Shown: piece after piece, positions 12,381 to 27,117 of the stretch | Layout of the letters: each line of letters opens with the position of its first letter | Numbering within the stretch: the first letter of the stretch is position 1 | Assembly: GCA_044231675.1 (NCBI GenBank) | Contig: CM094664.1 | Location: 14,168,162-14,232,161 of the forward strand | Direction of reading: 5' to 3' | From: Synchiropus picturatus | Taxonomy: Eukaryota | Length of the DNA: 64,000 nucleotides | Position numbers and translations under genes: made by a program | Notes under the pieces: generated by a model | The model's database searches: none | The model's input: only the letters and a program-made list of their open reading frames with translations | Told to the model about the DNA's origin: nothing

Positions 12381-14884
12381 TTACAGTGTTATTCCAAAAA
12401 AACACCTTGCCTCGCTCATCTGGAGTATTTTGTGCGAAACACCTGAGGTTGCGGCGCCTGAGAGGAGAAATGTGAGAGCAGATTCTCTCGCTCACATCTT
12501 TGTCAGGAACTTTAGAGAAGCTGCCAAACTCTGCCGAAGCTATTTCAGGAGGAAGTGGCGAGGAATTATTTGCGGTTCCTTCTGTGTTCTCTGAAAACCA
12601 AGCCTCATTATCCTGCGTCCTGCCATGGAGGAGCAGCGGGCTGGTCTGGTGGAGCTCAGAAGAGCGAGACCTTGTGTTCTCTGCTGTGTGGGGGGAGATG
12701 GATGGAGCTCATCAGTATTCAGGGTCTCCGCTCAGCGCTGCAGGAGCTTCAGACGCAGGTGAGGGAGCGGCGTCTTCAGAGGAGCGTCCGTCCGTCACGT
12801 CCAGAGTGATTGATGGTGTCTGTGAGACCCCCACACTCTTCTGACTCTCACTCTCAATGCCCACTCTGACACAAGGGGTTTTATTCGGGAGAAATGTTTC
12901 TGTGAGTGTCGGTGGAGTCTCAGCTGAACCTGACTCGCACAGGTGGAGACAACATCAGCTGTCACTCACACTGGTGGTGTTACAGGAAACCAAACAACCA
13001 GGTCAGCAGCAGCTTCGACTGCAGAGGCTTCTGTACGTGTGCAGGAGAGAACTTCGCTGGACAGGCTCCAGGGAAGTGGCTCTCACATATGTGTGGTGCA
13101 AATGTGTGTGGGGAAGTGTTTGTTGCTCATGAGATGTTTGTGTGGGAGGATTTCAAGTGTGAAGATAAGGTGTGTTTCCCACACTTCCGAAAATATTTTA
13201 TAGTGCACATGAAGATAAACGTGTGTGTGTGAGGAAAACACCTGAGCAAGGAGGATCACACACACACGTACGCACGCACCAGGCAAATACGTGTGCGACT
13301 TCACTCTCTGATGGAAGAGAGAATCTCTGCACATGGCTGTGTGACGTGAAGATTTTCACTTTCTGCTGTTACATATTGCATCCAGTTGCTTTCACCATCG
13401 ACTCACTTGTTGATGCCGGCTTCAGGGGCCACGACCCTAGATAGCTGGGACACATCACAACTACATGATATAAAAGCCGGAACATAAAGTAGACACCAGA
13501 AATTTGTGAGTGCGGAACAGTAAACGTGCTGACTCGACACCCGGCTGACCCGCAGTCTTTCCGACTGCCGACGCTGTCAAACTCAGAAATGTCAAGATTT
13601 CGGCTGTTAACCCGGCTAAATGCCAGCGGAACACACTTTTTGTTGCCGTACCCTTTTCCAAACCTCCAGTCTGACAGAAGACTGTACGCTGCGGCGGCGC
13701 CGAGTGCTTGGTATTCAGGACGCCGCTCCTCCTATACAGCAGGGGTCACTGCCGAGGGTCAGCGGCAGGCGGCTCCAGCAGGTATCCAACATTTAGCTCC
13801 ATTTTCCTCCCACATGACCGCTGCTCAGTCGGTCGCTGAAATGCCACACTCCGGCGCAGGAGCGGATCTTTCTTTGAAGAGTCGGTTGGCGTCGTGTCTG
13901 ATTCACCTTCACAGCGATGTTCCACTTCAGCTCACCAAGGCGAACCTACGAGTGGAAACTCCACTTGTGAATCCACATGGGATTTCCTGCTCAATCCTGC
14001 TCATGAAACAACTTTGAAAACTTTCACACTTTCACAACTTTCGCACAGCTCCTCCGCTGAATCCAAGCGAGGCTGAACTGCACTAACAGCTCACTGGGCG
14101 GCAACATGAATCATTCACGGCAACAACAAACAGACCTGCTGCGAGAACACAACTGAATCACAAACGACAACACAAGATCATCTGACTTGACATGACTCAC
14201 TTAACACCAGCGCGAGTCACAACATGGAACAATGACTCACAATGACAAATCATTTGTCACTTGACACAACTGTGCGTCACTTCTGAGATCAGTGACTTGT
14301 ACTAAAATGAGTCACATGCCAGAAGATTGAATGAACACTTCTTATACACCTGAGTGAGAAACGTCATGCTAAAACAAAGGACTAGAAGCCTCAATTCATT
14401 CCACAGTGAATCACTGAACATAACAGTGAGTCTCAGCGATCAACCAATCTCAACACTCAGTAACAGCTTATCATGAAGCACAACAGACGAATGATCAATA
14501 ATTGCAACAAGAGCCACGAGTCACAGAAGAAAACGAAGAATCTCGACCCACTGAGTGCATCTACGCTTCACTAACAATGACACTGAATCACTGTGTCAAT
14601 GATAGTGAGTCACTACAGAGTGACTCAGAGATTAACAAATCGTTGAAGACAAATGGTGGAGTTGTGAGTCACAAAGACTCAAACTTACCTGCACAAGAAC
14701 GAATCAGTAAATGATAAAAATCTTCTGACTTGTTAGTGAATGACTCACTTGAATCATGTCAACAATAATAGCTAAACATAATGACTCAACATCTGAGTGG
14801 ACACTACAACAAATCCGTAAACACAATGAGTCATATCCTTGGTGACTCAAACAGATTTGTCTATAGCAGATTTGTGGGCTCTGA

Positions 14885-15058
<174 letters not shown>

Positions 15059-18000
15059 TGACCTCCAACTCAGTCAAGGTCGATGGATGAAGAAGACTGT
15101 GAGATGGTCACTCCCACTTTTGCCTGAGCAAAACTCCAGTCACCTGGATTCATTTCCTTCCCAAAAAGTCATGTCACAAAGACTCAGATATGTCTTGAGT
15201 GCAGGCCAAGCGATGGACAGTCGACATGTTTGACTCATGGGTTTCTGGAGCGCAACAATTCACACAGATTCCCTTTCATGTCCCCGTCTGTTGGCTCCAT
15301 GTTTCTCCAGCAGTGGGAACTCATTTAGTGGCTTTTGTCCGCTGTGATCCGACAACAAAGATCGCTGGAGGAGAGACGACAGACGAACAAATTGGAGCTG
15401 CAATCATCCGTCGCTTTAATTGGAAGTTAAAAATATGAAATGCAATTACAGCCTGTTCTGGTTTGTGTGATTTGATTCACAAGCTTTTGTTGGCTGTTGT
15501 GACTGTTGGAGAGAATTCTGAGGATAAAGAGAGTGGAGTCGTCCGCTGGAGGCAAGTCCCTCTCAGCACCACTGCACTGGTGAAAACAAATGACTGAAAC
15601 AACAGGAAGATGAAAATAAAATGCAAAATCTGAAAGTCAAATGAATAAATAAGTAAGTAAATATGTGAAAGTAACAATAAGAACTAATCAGAATTGGAAT
15701 AAATGTCTGTCGTATGATATAATTTTTATGAATGAAATCATAAAAACAACATGGAATATGAGTTATAGGTTATAATATTGCCTTACATTAACAAAAAAAT
15801 AAATCTTAAAATGTAAATGCAAGCGATAAATAACATGTTCTAAAATTGATGAACATAAAAATGTTGTGCAAAAAAACAAAATTAACAACAAACAAAATTA
15901 GCATTCATAACAATACAATCACTTTGACATTTAAAAAAATGGTGCTTGAAAATTAAGAATTTAATATAATTATTTAAAAAAAAGATGAATAAAATGCCAG
16001 GAATGATAATTGAAGTAGGATGAAACTTTCAAAAATAAAAGTATATAATACTATAGAATGAAAATGATCAGAATCATAAATAATAAAGATCAAAATGCTT
16101 AATTTATAAAAAATAGTCACCAAAAATATAATGAAGCGGATGTTGAAAATACAAATTGTATGCAACTTTGACGTTATAATAAATAATGACACCAGACCTA
16201 GAATGAAATAGATATTTTAGCGTGACCTCTTGAAGCGACCCCGATGACCCGGGGCCTCAACATCTGGACTCCCCACGTGCTCTTGAGCAGCAAACAATCA
16301 GACGCAGTCGCTCACATATTTGTGAATGAGTGACATTTGCTCCGGCTTTCTCCCGTTCGTCCGTCAACTGGAATATCGCTGCATTATTGAGGAGCCTTGT
16401 CGTGGCTCCATCTGCTCCTCCTGCCTCCTCGCCCAGCTCCTCAGCAGCAGAAGGTTCAGCTCCACTGGCTGCACACACACACACGCACTGCACCGCTCTA
16501 ATAACGGCCAGAGACAAATTGAGCAGGTCTCAGGTGTCACACTCTTTACGGGTGACAGATTGCAGGAGAAGCATGAATGAAGTGAAACAGCACTCACTCC
16601 AGGTTTCACTTACGACTCCTCTGTTCTTGTCATCTTCTTCACCACCATCATCATCACAGTAGATTAGATCTTTGGGGGTTCGACTAGAGTGTGTTTGCAG
16701 AACCACACTGAGCCCATTTTACCAAGCGTGGAACAGACCATTCCTTTATCCAACTTTCAGAAACAAAATAAAAATATAATATCACAATTTCATTTGCTTT
16801 TTATTACACCTTTTTTTTCTGAGAATTTTATTTTCTAAAAGAAATACCAAATGTATTTGTTTTTCACAAATAATTATATATTTTTTTATTATTTTATTTT
16901 TAACAGTCAGTAAGTCGTCACAGCTTTGACTCGCTCTCAGCTGGGACTCGACCTATTGATGACAAAGAGATTGTGACTTATAGAGACGTTATAAACTCTG
17001 TGTGAAAGTGTGAGCTCAAATGGCTGATGGAGATGATTCGACTCATCTCTGAACTGAAGACAGGAGTCACAGTCAGGTGAGTCAGGGATGAAGGCACTGA
17101 GCTTCTCATTGAGATGCAGAGAGTAGCTCGACTAAAGGCAACAGCTCGACCGATCCGATTGCGTCTTAGTCACCCGGTTTCAGTCGAATTACTGAGTAGT
17201 CGCCTCCGTGATGTGGAGTGGCGCCATGAGCTCTTCATCCCTAATGGTTCCTAAAATCGTAGAGGGAGAGCAATCGAAATTGACAGGTAGCAAAAAGCCG
17301 CTTCGGACCGTTATATCGAACTAACTTGTAACTTGACAGCGATCGTGCTGATTAAACTGCTAGTTTAACTTCAGCGATCCAGAATCATGCGAGGGTCTTG
17401 TATTAGCCTCCGACTAATATAGCAACAGAGGTTTGCAAATATTTTAGTAATTGGAGGTCAAAGTTCACGATCTTGTTTGGATGAATTACACAATGAAACA
17501 GGGTTTTCTCCCAAAATATACATATAATGTCTCCAAAGTTTGTCATGTGATAGACACTACCTTCCTGTTAGGATATGATGGTGGTTTTGACAGAGGTTTG
17601 CAAACTTTTTAGTAATTGGAGGTCAAAGTTCAACATACTTCACTACAACTAAAATCCGTATTTACATGGACTACACAATAAAAACAAGTTAAAGGAATAC
17701 AGGGATTGTGTTTTCATCCGCAAAAAGAACCAACAAGGCTTCATTCAATTAATTTATTTCGAGTTGCGGTCTGCAAACGTAATGCTTCGTCTAAACGCGC
17801 AATGTTTTTTTTTTGTTTTGTTTTTTTGCTGCGGATGACTTGACTGTGTGTCGGATAGCTTGACGCTAACGTGGTGGTGTCGTCGTCTCCTCAAACCAAC
17901 TAACCACGTGTTCTTATGAGAACTAACGATCAAAACGACCCGACCCTGAAGGTAGTTGAAGACAAATCTGCAGATCATCATCGTCGCGAGTTATAAAATT

Positions 18001-19040
18001 GATATCAGGTTTGTCACGTGTTCACCGCAGACACACTGCATCAGGTTACACACACGACTTCTCAAAAGTGTCGGCTGTTCGGCATCATTACGAGTTTGTT
18101 TACTTCCGCTGCGTAGCGGAAGCTCGCGCGACCGCACATTAAGCGGCTCTTAGTCGAGCTACATGCTAGTTTAGTCCAGCTATTAAGCCCATTATCCACG
18201 TCCGTCTGAGAAAAATTCCCCAAAAATATAGCAGATTTTAGTCGGACTAACGCAATAATTGGGATTTCTGAGGCGTCATTGCATCTGAGAGTGACTCGAA
18301 AGGACCGGATCCGAGCAACAGGTGAAGAAGTTTGGAGACCAAGTTAGACACCAGGGGAGGAGAGTCAGAGTTGGACCAAAGATGTTGGAGATGAAGAAGA
18401 GGAGGACAACCAATGAGGTCCACGATGAAGGAGGACAGGAGCATGTGACTGGAGGATGATGACGACAGAGGAAGGTGGGGGACCTGCTGAGGGGAGATGC
18501 CCGGAGAAGTAATGCTCAATATGTTGTAGTGTGGTAGGAAGCAAGTGTGTGTCAGTGAGTGTGTGTGAGAACCAAAGTGCTTGCTCAGGTCAATGTGATG
18601 CCTCCGAGCTCAAACACCAGATGGACAGAATTCGAAAGAAGCTGCTGACCAGTGTCCGTCTGAGTGTGCAGGTTCTCACACACACAGGTCTGTCTACTTG
18701 TTTTAGTGAGGACTGTCGTTGTCATAACCCTTTCCCCAGCCTCGCATCCTAAACGGAACCATTAAAACTAAATGGCTGAACTTGACCTTTACTCTTAACC
18801 ACCTGAAACACAATTATAATAAGCTGTTTTGTAGTTTAAATCCTCAAAATGTGACTCGACAAAGTAGGGACAGGCCAAAATGTCCTCACTCTGTTGGTTA
18901 AAAACTCATTCACCTACTAAAGTAGTGTGTCGCAGACCTTCTGTTTTGATGACAATTGTAGCGTATGGGCTTCAATCCTCAACTGAAAGTGGTCTGAGCC
19001 GCACCACAGGACCTGAGGTCAGAGGTCGGAGGTTGTTTAA

Positions 19041-19292
<252 letters not shown>

Positions 19293-21877
19293 TGAGAAGA
19301 AAACTGCATTTTCTGTGAGTGCGCCGTCTAGTGGGGGGACGCGGAAATTGCAGCGAACAGTAATGTCATTTTGGAGCAGAGGATCATGGGGATATTAGTA
19401 CTGCTGAGACAAGATAGTGGCTGCATTGACGTGAAAGTTGACCACACAAACCAGTGTCGACCAAGACGCTCGTGAGCCCAGGTCCCACTGCACGAGCTTT
19501 GCAACTCAGCGACGGTTTAATAAGGTGTGCAGTGACTGGCTTGATGGGCTGGATGTGGCCAATTTTTCCTGGTGTGACAGTGGATTGCATGCAGTTTCCA
19601 CAAGCGCGTCTCTTCTCCGCTCTCTGTCCATCAGCAGCACGTGACAGCGTTTGGCAACAGGTGCGCGCAGTCAGCACAAGCCTTCCCTGTGTTCATCCAT
19701 TATTGATGAGAAGTCAAAGGCTGCAGATGAATGTGATTATCCCTGCAGGGAGGGCACTTTCCCGCCGAGACCGCAGCGGCGATCGCCTGTCAATACGAGC
19801 ATCAGTGAAGACGAGACTCTGAGTCCTGCATATTTATCGTGCTGTCCACCAGGAGGCGCTTCTAAAGAGAGTTCCCTGGAGGTGCTTTATTTTAAAGTCA
19901 ACCTTAGCTCCTGTACAAACAGGATGCGGGAAAGTATTTCACCACATTGGCCTTCTTTTAATGATTTTTGAGGAAGGTCAAGATTAGAAACAAAAGCCTC
20001 TCAGAGTTCAACAGCTCAAGGGAACCAAGGAAGGCACTTCATCTCGGCTGAATTAAAAGGTTTTCTTTCCTAAGTGCACTTTTAATGGACCCAAGCTTTT
20101 ACAGACGCGCGCAGAAACACTCAAAGAAATGTTTCTCACGATGTCCTTTAGCAGCTGATGAAGATGAGGGAGAGCTTCACGTTCATCTCTGAGAGTTAAC
20201 ACGCGCTCGCCGTGACATCATCGGCGTGGACGAGCGTTCAAACCAACTTGGAGTGGAGAGCTCTGCAGACTTGGTCCCGGCTCCGAGGATTTGCCCTGCG
20301 AGGAGTCAAACCTTGAAACGTGTTGACGTGATCCTCAGAAGTGTGATCAATCCCAGCGACATTTCAAAGTGTTGCTCAGCCTCCGTGCGAGAGGCTGTCA
20401 GGAGAGAAACCCGAGCCGCCGGCGAGAATAAAGCATCTTAAATGTCTCATCGCAGCCCGAGAAATCGGCCTCTGGATTAACGCGCGGAGGGATATTTTCA
20501 ATTCTCACATGCCGGTTTCTCATGTGTGATTGAAGCCGGGAGGTTAAGATGCATGAAAATAGTTAGTCATGTTAAAGCAGTTTGTTCTTTTTCCTCCCAC
20601 TGGAGACACGCAAACGGTTGAAGTTCGCTGACACACTTACCGACCTGAATATCATATTTGAGGCGTTTAAACTGTGTGAAGTTTATTCAATGTGACGAAT
20701 ACAAGAAGCCGTTCTGAGAACTTTAAGAAGCTTGGAAAGCTCCCTGAAGCTGCAGCAGACTGAGAATAAAAAGGCCCAAATGAGTCTTCAGTACAGATAC
20801 TTTTCGAGCATCAATATTTTAATCAACCTTCAGGAAGACTCGATCCGCCATGATGAAGAATGTCGGGTCCCGAGCGCTGATCCAGGACCGTCTCACTTTA
20901 GAGTCAGAGTGTCCAGTAAACTTCCGACTTGTCGTACGTTGATTCACTTCCACTGCAAACATCAGCTCCAGAGCAGCAGCTCTTGGCTGATTACACAGCC
21001 AATATGCAGATTGAGGCTGTTCGCACTTCTTCAGGCGCCAGTTAACCTGCGAGTCAACTGCAGCGGAGGGAGGTGATGAGAGGCGACGGCCAGATGGAGG
21101 CGATGAGCGAGGCGGAGAGCTGGATTCATCAGAGCCAATATTATTTTAACATCGCAACAATGGAGCTGTCACACGCCATCAAACGCGTTAGATGTAAAAT
21201 TAGATTCCTCTATTTATAAATGGATCACTGACAGTTGTGTCAGGAAATCTTTTTAATCTTCTTCTGTCACGTTGGGAAGAAGTTGCAGCGCACACATGTG
21301 GGCAGCGCAAAACGACATCAGTCAGCGAATCGACACATTTCTGAGTTTCTTAGCTGCATGAGGCTGACATCACTTCCTGTTCCTGTGTATCGGGATGAGA
21401 GTGTGTCAACTGTAGGAGTTGCTGCTTTGTACCTCGGTAGGATTCACTCATTTGGCTGGGACTCGCTTGATATTGTAGAGTCAGAAGAGACTCCAGAAGG
21501 TGGCTGTGGAGGAAGTTAAACCTGGTCAACAGTTAGAGAGACTGACCGCAGTAAATCCATGAGAGTCAGGTGCTTTGAATTCTGCTGATTCAGCATGCCT
21601 TTTGAATATGAACGAGTGTATGGGGAGGCGGAGAGATGAAGGTTGTAGATACACATTTGGCTGACATTTTTGTTGAAGAGGAACTTATTTATGAAGGTCT
21701 AAGAGGAGTGATAACCGATGTAGACGACGATAGGTCCCTTGCTCCTCCTTCAGGCTGTTGATGGGGCCTTAGCTATGAAGCTCCTCCATCAGTGACCTCA
21801 TTGCTCAAGAGAACACTGTATCTTTTCACCGTTAGGAGACGACCGGCCTGTCCTTCTACTGGAGCAGATCTGACTGA

Positions 21878-22326
<449 letters not shown>

Positions 22327-22439
22327 GTTTGTTTTGTGCTCTTCATTTCCAAGTGTTTTAAATAGAAGCGCGAGGTACGAGTCAGTTAATCCACCTGCTC
22401 TCTCAAAGCGGGCTCTGTCGATGAGCAACCGACCCTGTG

Positions 22440-23230
22440 ACACACCCTAAAAGCATCTTTGCCAAGCTGCTCACCTGAACACTTATGAAACACTGGTGAT
22501 GCAGCCAGTCCACTCATTGATAAGTTGATGCAAACATCATCCGTTCATTACTCACTCATACGTCCAATAAACACAGTTCCTACAGTTCTGACCCATTAAT
22601 CCATCCATCAGTTGTGGAGTTCATTAATCATTTTAATTCACCCTTCTGAAACATTCACCCATTAAACATCGTGCTTTCTTGGTTGAGCCAGTGAAATTGT
22701 CTTTTCATTCCTTCTTATTTTCACCACCCAACTGGAAATTCATCCCTCCGTCCAGCCATTGATTCACTCATCAACACAGTCATCCATAAATTGAACAGAA
22801 CAGCCGAGCCTTCACTCATTCGCCTGGTTTCGTGCCCACACATTCATCCATGCATCCGTTGAAGACTTTCTTACTTTTAATCCATTCAGCCATGTATGCT
22901 CCTAGTCATCCCTTCACAAGCTGTTCATAATTCACTCATCAACCATGACATCTCTTTGCAATGGACTTTCATCCATCATCCGTTCATCTGTGATTCAACA
23001 GTCACGCCTCTCTTTTAGTAAATCCACCCTCATCCATCAGAACCCTCCACCATTCACCACCTCACTCTACCCTTATTCCACTATCCAACATCTCTGGTCA
23101 CAGTGTGTTACCACATTCATGTGTTCACCCATCCATCCACTCACTGTATCACCGCTAATGCGCTGTAACTGCCCTGTGAATACAAGCCAGAGTCCAACAA
23201 CGTTGTTTTCCCCAGTCGCCTTCTCGTTCT
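22440..23230. repeat. Low-complexity (CATYCA / TCACTCA)n-like block in CNTNAP intron 5
   Basis: Dense recurrence of catccatc, cattcac and tcactcatc words. It is stop-poor in one frame (ORF 22945-23241). Confidence 0.6.
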
Positions 23231-25096
23231 ATTTAATCTGAGGATTGTAATTTCATTTTTATTTCAGCCCCTGACCGGCTTTTGTAATCTGCTCTCTTCA
23301 GTCTGATGCCCTTTTGTTTTCCGGCCTCATTATTTCTCCCGCCGACGTCTTCTCCCCTGTCCCCGGCCCTCCTCGCTGTGAGTGTCGGGGTTGTGTAACG
23401 GCTACTGACGGGTCAGCTGCTCAAGTGAAGGATAAGTGGCATCCCAGGAGGCGGCGCCATGCGCCTCGCTGACAGTGCTTTAAAACATTTACATTTAACG
23501 TCAAAAATACATTTGAAGAGCGACAGACTTTTTTTTGTTTTGTGATATATTTTTTTTCAGCCAACTCATCTGGTCTTTATTATACTATATATTATTATTA
23601 TTTATATTATTGTTATTATTATAATATATTTTTCTTCTTATTATTATTTTATTATATTCTTATTATTTATTTATATAAGTGTTAAGAAATGTAATTACTG
23701 TAATTTCCGTACTTGGAGCACACCTGACTTAAGACAAACTGAATATTTGATTCATCTTGCGTGGCTCAAAGGCAGTGAATGACTCATGAGTTACTTGAAC
23801 TCACCACTCAAGGTCACCCAAAACCACAGAAAAAGAGTCATAAACACAACAAGTCACCCTGACCCTTTGACTGAGTTTTGATGTGTCAAGTCAAATATGA
23901 ACGACTCTCTCCAGGAGTGAGACTCATTTGCAGGTCCCTTGCAGCTGACTCCTTCACATTGACCTCCGCGACCACTTGAACCAATGTGGCTCTTCGGCTT
24001 CTCACGGCTTCTAAATTTAAGGAACGACTCCTCTGGGTGTGAGATGTCTGAAAACAACCTGATTCTAATTTCATGTTTCAGTTCGCCCGCCTGTATTTTT
24101 CTTCATTTACTCACAAAGATATAAACCCAAATTGCTGCGGAGACTGGAAACTGCGACTGCAGAGTCGAACCTTTACGTTTATAGTCGCTGATGAAAAAGC
24201 AGTGAAATTGATTTTCGCCGTCTCCCTGCTGGATTGAAGAAAGGAATCACAGGAGAGGACATGAAGAGAAAGAACAGAGCTGTTGAGGCTTCTATATTAA
24301 CATCGACGCTGCGTCGTCTCCTCTCTGCCCTCTGCTCTGCCATCGATCCGTCTTCCAGTCATTCACACAATAATAAAATCACCCCGCGTCAGAAGGCTCC
24401 ACCTGCCGCCCCGTCATGAATATTCCCTCTGTTGGACGCCTAAACTTATTTACCATTAACTTGTTTTTGAGTCTTTGTCAACCGAGACTCCCCGGTGTCT
24501 CAGGCTTCTGCTCAGAAGCATCAAAGCCGCGCTTGTCCAGCGAATCCGTCCTCCTCTTGTGTGTCTGTTTGTCTGAAGTGGTTTCTCCCCCAAGACCGCC
24601 TGATGCATTTTTAATGACTCTGTGTTCAGCTCTTTTCTGCTGCTGCTCTTCTTCTCAGCAGAAACAGAGGGCTTCTTTCCCTCCACTTTGGGGGATTTCT
24701 GAAATGGATCCACTGGCTTGGACGTGAGCTCATCAAACATTAATGTCGTCTGGCGAGCGTCGGTGCTGCGTTTTCCCGAATCATCACATATTAGTGTTGG
24801 TTTTGGCATCTGGGCTTCTGACGCCCTGATTGAGATAAGAAGTGACCGCGGCGAGAACGTCTCACAGGGGCTGAAGAACTTAAATGGTTTGCTTTGAAGA
24901 GCTGAGGCAAGAGATGAAGCTCTTCATTGACCGGTGGATTTTAGTCTCAACACCGTGACCAAAATAACATACAGGTTTTCTGGACTCCAGTTGAGGTGGC
25001 TCTTATCATCGGAATAAAATTGGGACTTCCTAGCTCCAATAATACTGACTGGTAAAAACGGCCGATAAAGTTTGTGTGCTTGTTTACTCTCTGCAG

Positions 25097-25266
25097 GTGG
25101 AGCTTCTGACCCTCGACGTCTCGCCGCCCTCGGCAGCCTTCTGGACGACCAGCACTGGCACCGAGTCGCTGTGGAGCGACGTGGCTCTCTCCTGAACCTC
25201 ACCGTGGACAAGCACGTGGAGAAGATCAAGATCCCAGCAGAGTTCGACCACTGGAACGTGCGTCAG
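25097..25266 (+). CDS. cntnap2: CNTNAP-like exon 6: LamG1 ([57 protein letters not shown])
   Basis: Matches Caspr2 [31 protein letters not shown]. ctgcAG acceptor, GTGAGG donor. Confidence 0.9.
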
Positions 25267-25678
25267 GTGAGGACTTGAGATACTGGATGGAGCATCACCA
25301 GGATGATCAAAAAAAGAAGGCCTGATAATGAGGTAGCATGATGTCCAGGGGGGGAACGGTACATCACCCTTCAACCCTGTACTTAAGGAGGACCTGACTA
25401 TGTGGCTTTAGGGATTCTGAAATGGTCTAGCCTGTTGAGGAGGCTTGGCTGGTCTGTATGCCTCCTGGACCCCTCCATGATGGGGTGACCTAGTTGACCT
25501 TGGAATACCTCTGTATTCCCCCAGAAAATCTGGTTTCGAAGAGGGTAATCTGGCTTGAAGACAGATAGATGGGGTGGGAATGAGTCCAGCAACGGTTGGG
25601 AGATCGAGGGATGGACAGTCGAACGAGCTGAACCAAAAGGCAGTTTTTGATAGACCTGTGTTTGTTGTGTCGGTGCAG

Positions 25679-25810
25679 CTAAATGTGGGAGGCTTCCTGA
25701 AACCTCACCCGACCAACAAGCCCTTCCACGGCTGCCTGGAGAACCTGCAGCTCAACGGCATCAGCCTGATAGACCTGGCGAAACACGGCGATCAGCAAGT
25801 CACGATGACG
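25679..25810 (+). CDS. cntnap2: CNTNAP-like exon 7: LamG1 end (LNVGGFLKPHPTNKPFHGCLENLQLNGISLIDLAKHGDQQVTMT)
   Basis: Matches Caspr2 FGGIPVPGKP...[26 protein letters not shown]. gtgcAG acceptor, GTGAGT donor. Confidence 0.85.
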
Positions 25811-26326
25811 GTGAGTTATTCTGGCCCCAGTGTGACGCAGGGTGGAAGGACTTCATGATGCTGTGGCGCCATGACAAGGACCCCGGAGACTTATTTGAAG
25901 TCACCCTGACTTCAACCCGCCTCCCAATTGAGCTGGCCGACCAAAACACAGCTGGTGCCCCCTTGTTACTGAGCAGCTCATTTCCACAGCCGTCACTCAG
26001 GCGAGCAGTGATGGGCTCATGTGCTCCTGGGGCAGAGATGCAGCCGGCTGATAGTCGCTGCGCTTGATTCAGAATCTACTCGATGGCTGAAAGTGATATT
26101 CGGCTGGGCTTTATCTCCACTCCTGCACCAGCAGGTGACTTTGCTGTTCGCTTCCTTAATGTTATTCTCTGTCTCCGTTATCGTTATGCTAATGCTCGCG
26201 TCCTGCTTAAGGAGACTGGCTGATGAGATCGCAGTGACACGGGGGTCGCAGCGACACACCTCTGCCAGGGATTAATATTCATGTTGCCTTTATTTACTGT
26301 AATGATCCTCCTCCTCTCCGACTCAG

Positions 26327-26594
26327 GGCAACGTGACCTTTGCTTGCGCCGAACCCGTCTCCGTGGCGCTCACCTTCCCCGGCCCGCGGAGTTTCCTGCA
26401 GCTACCGGGAGTCGGGGACGAGTCTTCTGGGAGTCTGTCCGCGGGCTTCCAGTTCAGGACGTGGAATAGAGGCGGCCTCCTGCTCACCTTTCAGCTGCCG
26501 CATCGAGGGGGCGTGGCCTGGCTGTACCTGAGTGAAGCCAGGCTGCGCCTTCAGATACACAAAGGCGGACGAGCTCTGCTGGAGCTCAGCACGG
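26327..26594 (+). CDS. cntnap2: CNTNAP-like exon 8: LamG2 (GNVTFACAEPVSVALTFPG...GFQFRTWNRGGLLLTF...ELSTG)
   Basis: Matches Caspr2 GNVTFSCSEPQIVPITF...SFQFRTWNKDGLLLS. ctcAG acceptor, GTCAGT donor. Confidence 0.9.
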
Positions 26595-26740
26595 GTCAGT
26601 CCACAAACGCCCACCGAATGACCTTCCAGTGTTCTTCTCAAGGACACAATCACATTCACTGCACATTTGTTCTGGTTGTGTTCCTGATTTGTGGTTCATG
26701 TAGTTGGTGTTGTCGACTGATTCGATGTTCTGGTCGGCAG

Positions 26741-26890
26741 GTTCTGCTCTGAACGACGGTCAGTGGCACTCAGTGGAGCTGAAGTCCAGACGTGGACGTC
26801 TGACGCTCACGGTGGACAGAGAGGAAGGGTCCGGCGCCCAGGCCAGCCCCTCCTTCCCCGTGTCCATGGAAGGCCACATCTTCTTCGGCG
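26741..26890 (+). CDS. cntnap2: CNTNAP-like exon 9: LamG2 (SALNDGQWHSVELKSRRGRLTLTVDREEG...GHIFFGG)
   Basis: Matches Caspr2 [25 protein letters not shown]...YYFGG. ggcAG acceptor, GTGAGA donor. Confidence 0.85.
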
Positions 26891-26951
26891 GTGAGAAGCG
26901 GTTTTAGGAGCCCACTGGGCCCGACGTGTCGACTCACTCTGCACTCCCCAG

Positions 26952-27117
26952 GGTGTCCTGACGACGAGCACGAGTGCAGGAACCCCTTCAACGTCTTTCA
27001 GGGGTGTCTGCGGCTGCTGACTCTGGACCAGTCTGCCGTGGACCTGATCCGAGTGCAGCGGAAACAGCTGGGCCGCTACAGCGACCTGCAGTTCGACATG
27101 TGCGGGATCCTCGACAG
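26952..27117 (+). CDS. cntnap2: CNTNAP-like exon 10: LamG2 end (CPDDEHECRNPFNVFQGCLRLLTLDQSAVDLIRVQRKQLGRYSDLQFDMCGILDR)
   Basis: Matches Caspr2 [37 protein letters not shown]. ccccAG acceptor. The GTCGGT donor is weak. Confidence 0.8.

Noticed and set aside
12500-13232. Cluster of five overlapping 84-114-aa ORFs in three + frames
   Set aside because: Overlapping openness in all frames indicates composition (a GC-rich, degenerate repeat), not coding. No homology recognised.
13526-14017. 163-aa + strand ORF inside CNTNAP intron 1
   Set aside because: GC-rich and stop-poor. The translation is low-complexity and resembles no protein family I know. There is no splice or Kozak context. Possibly constrained noncoding DNA, but not a gene I can support.
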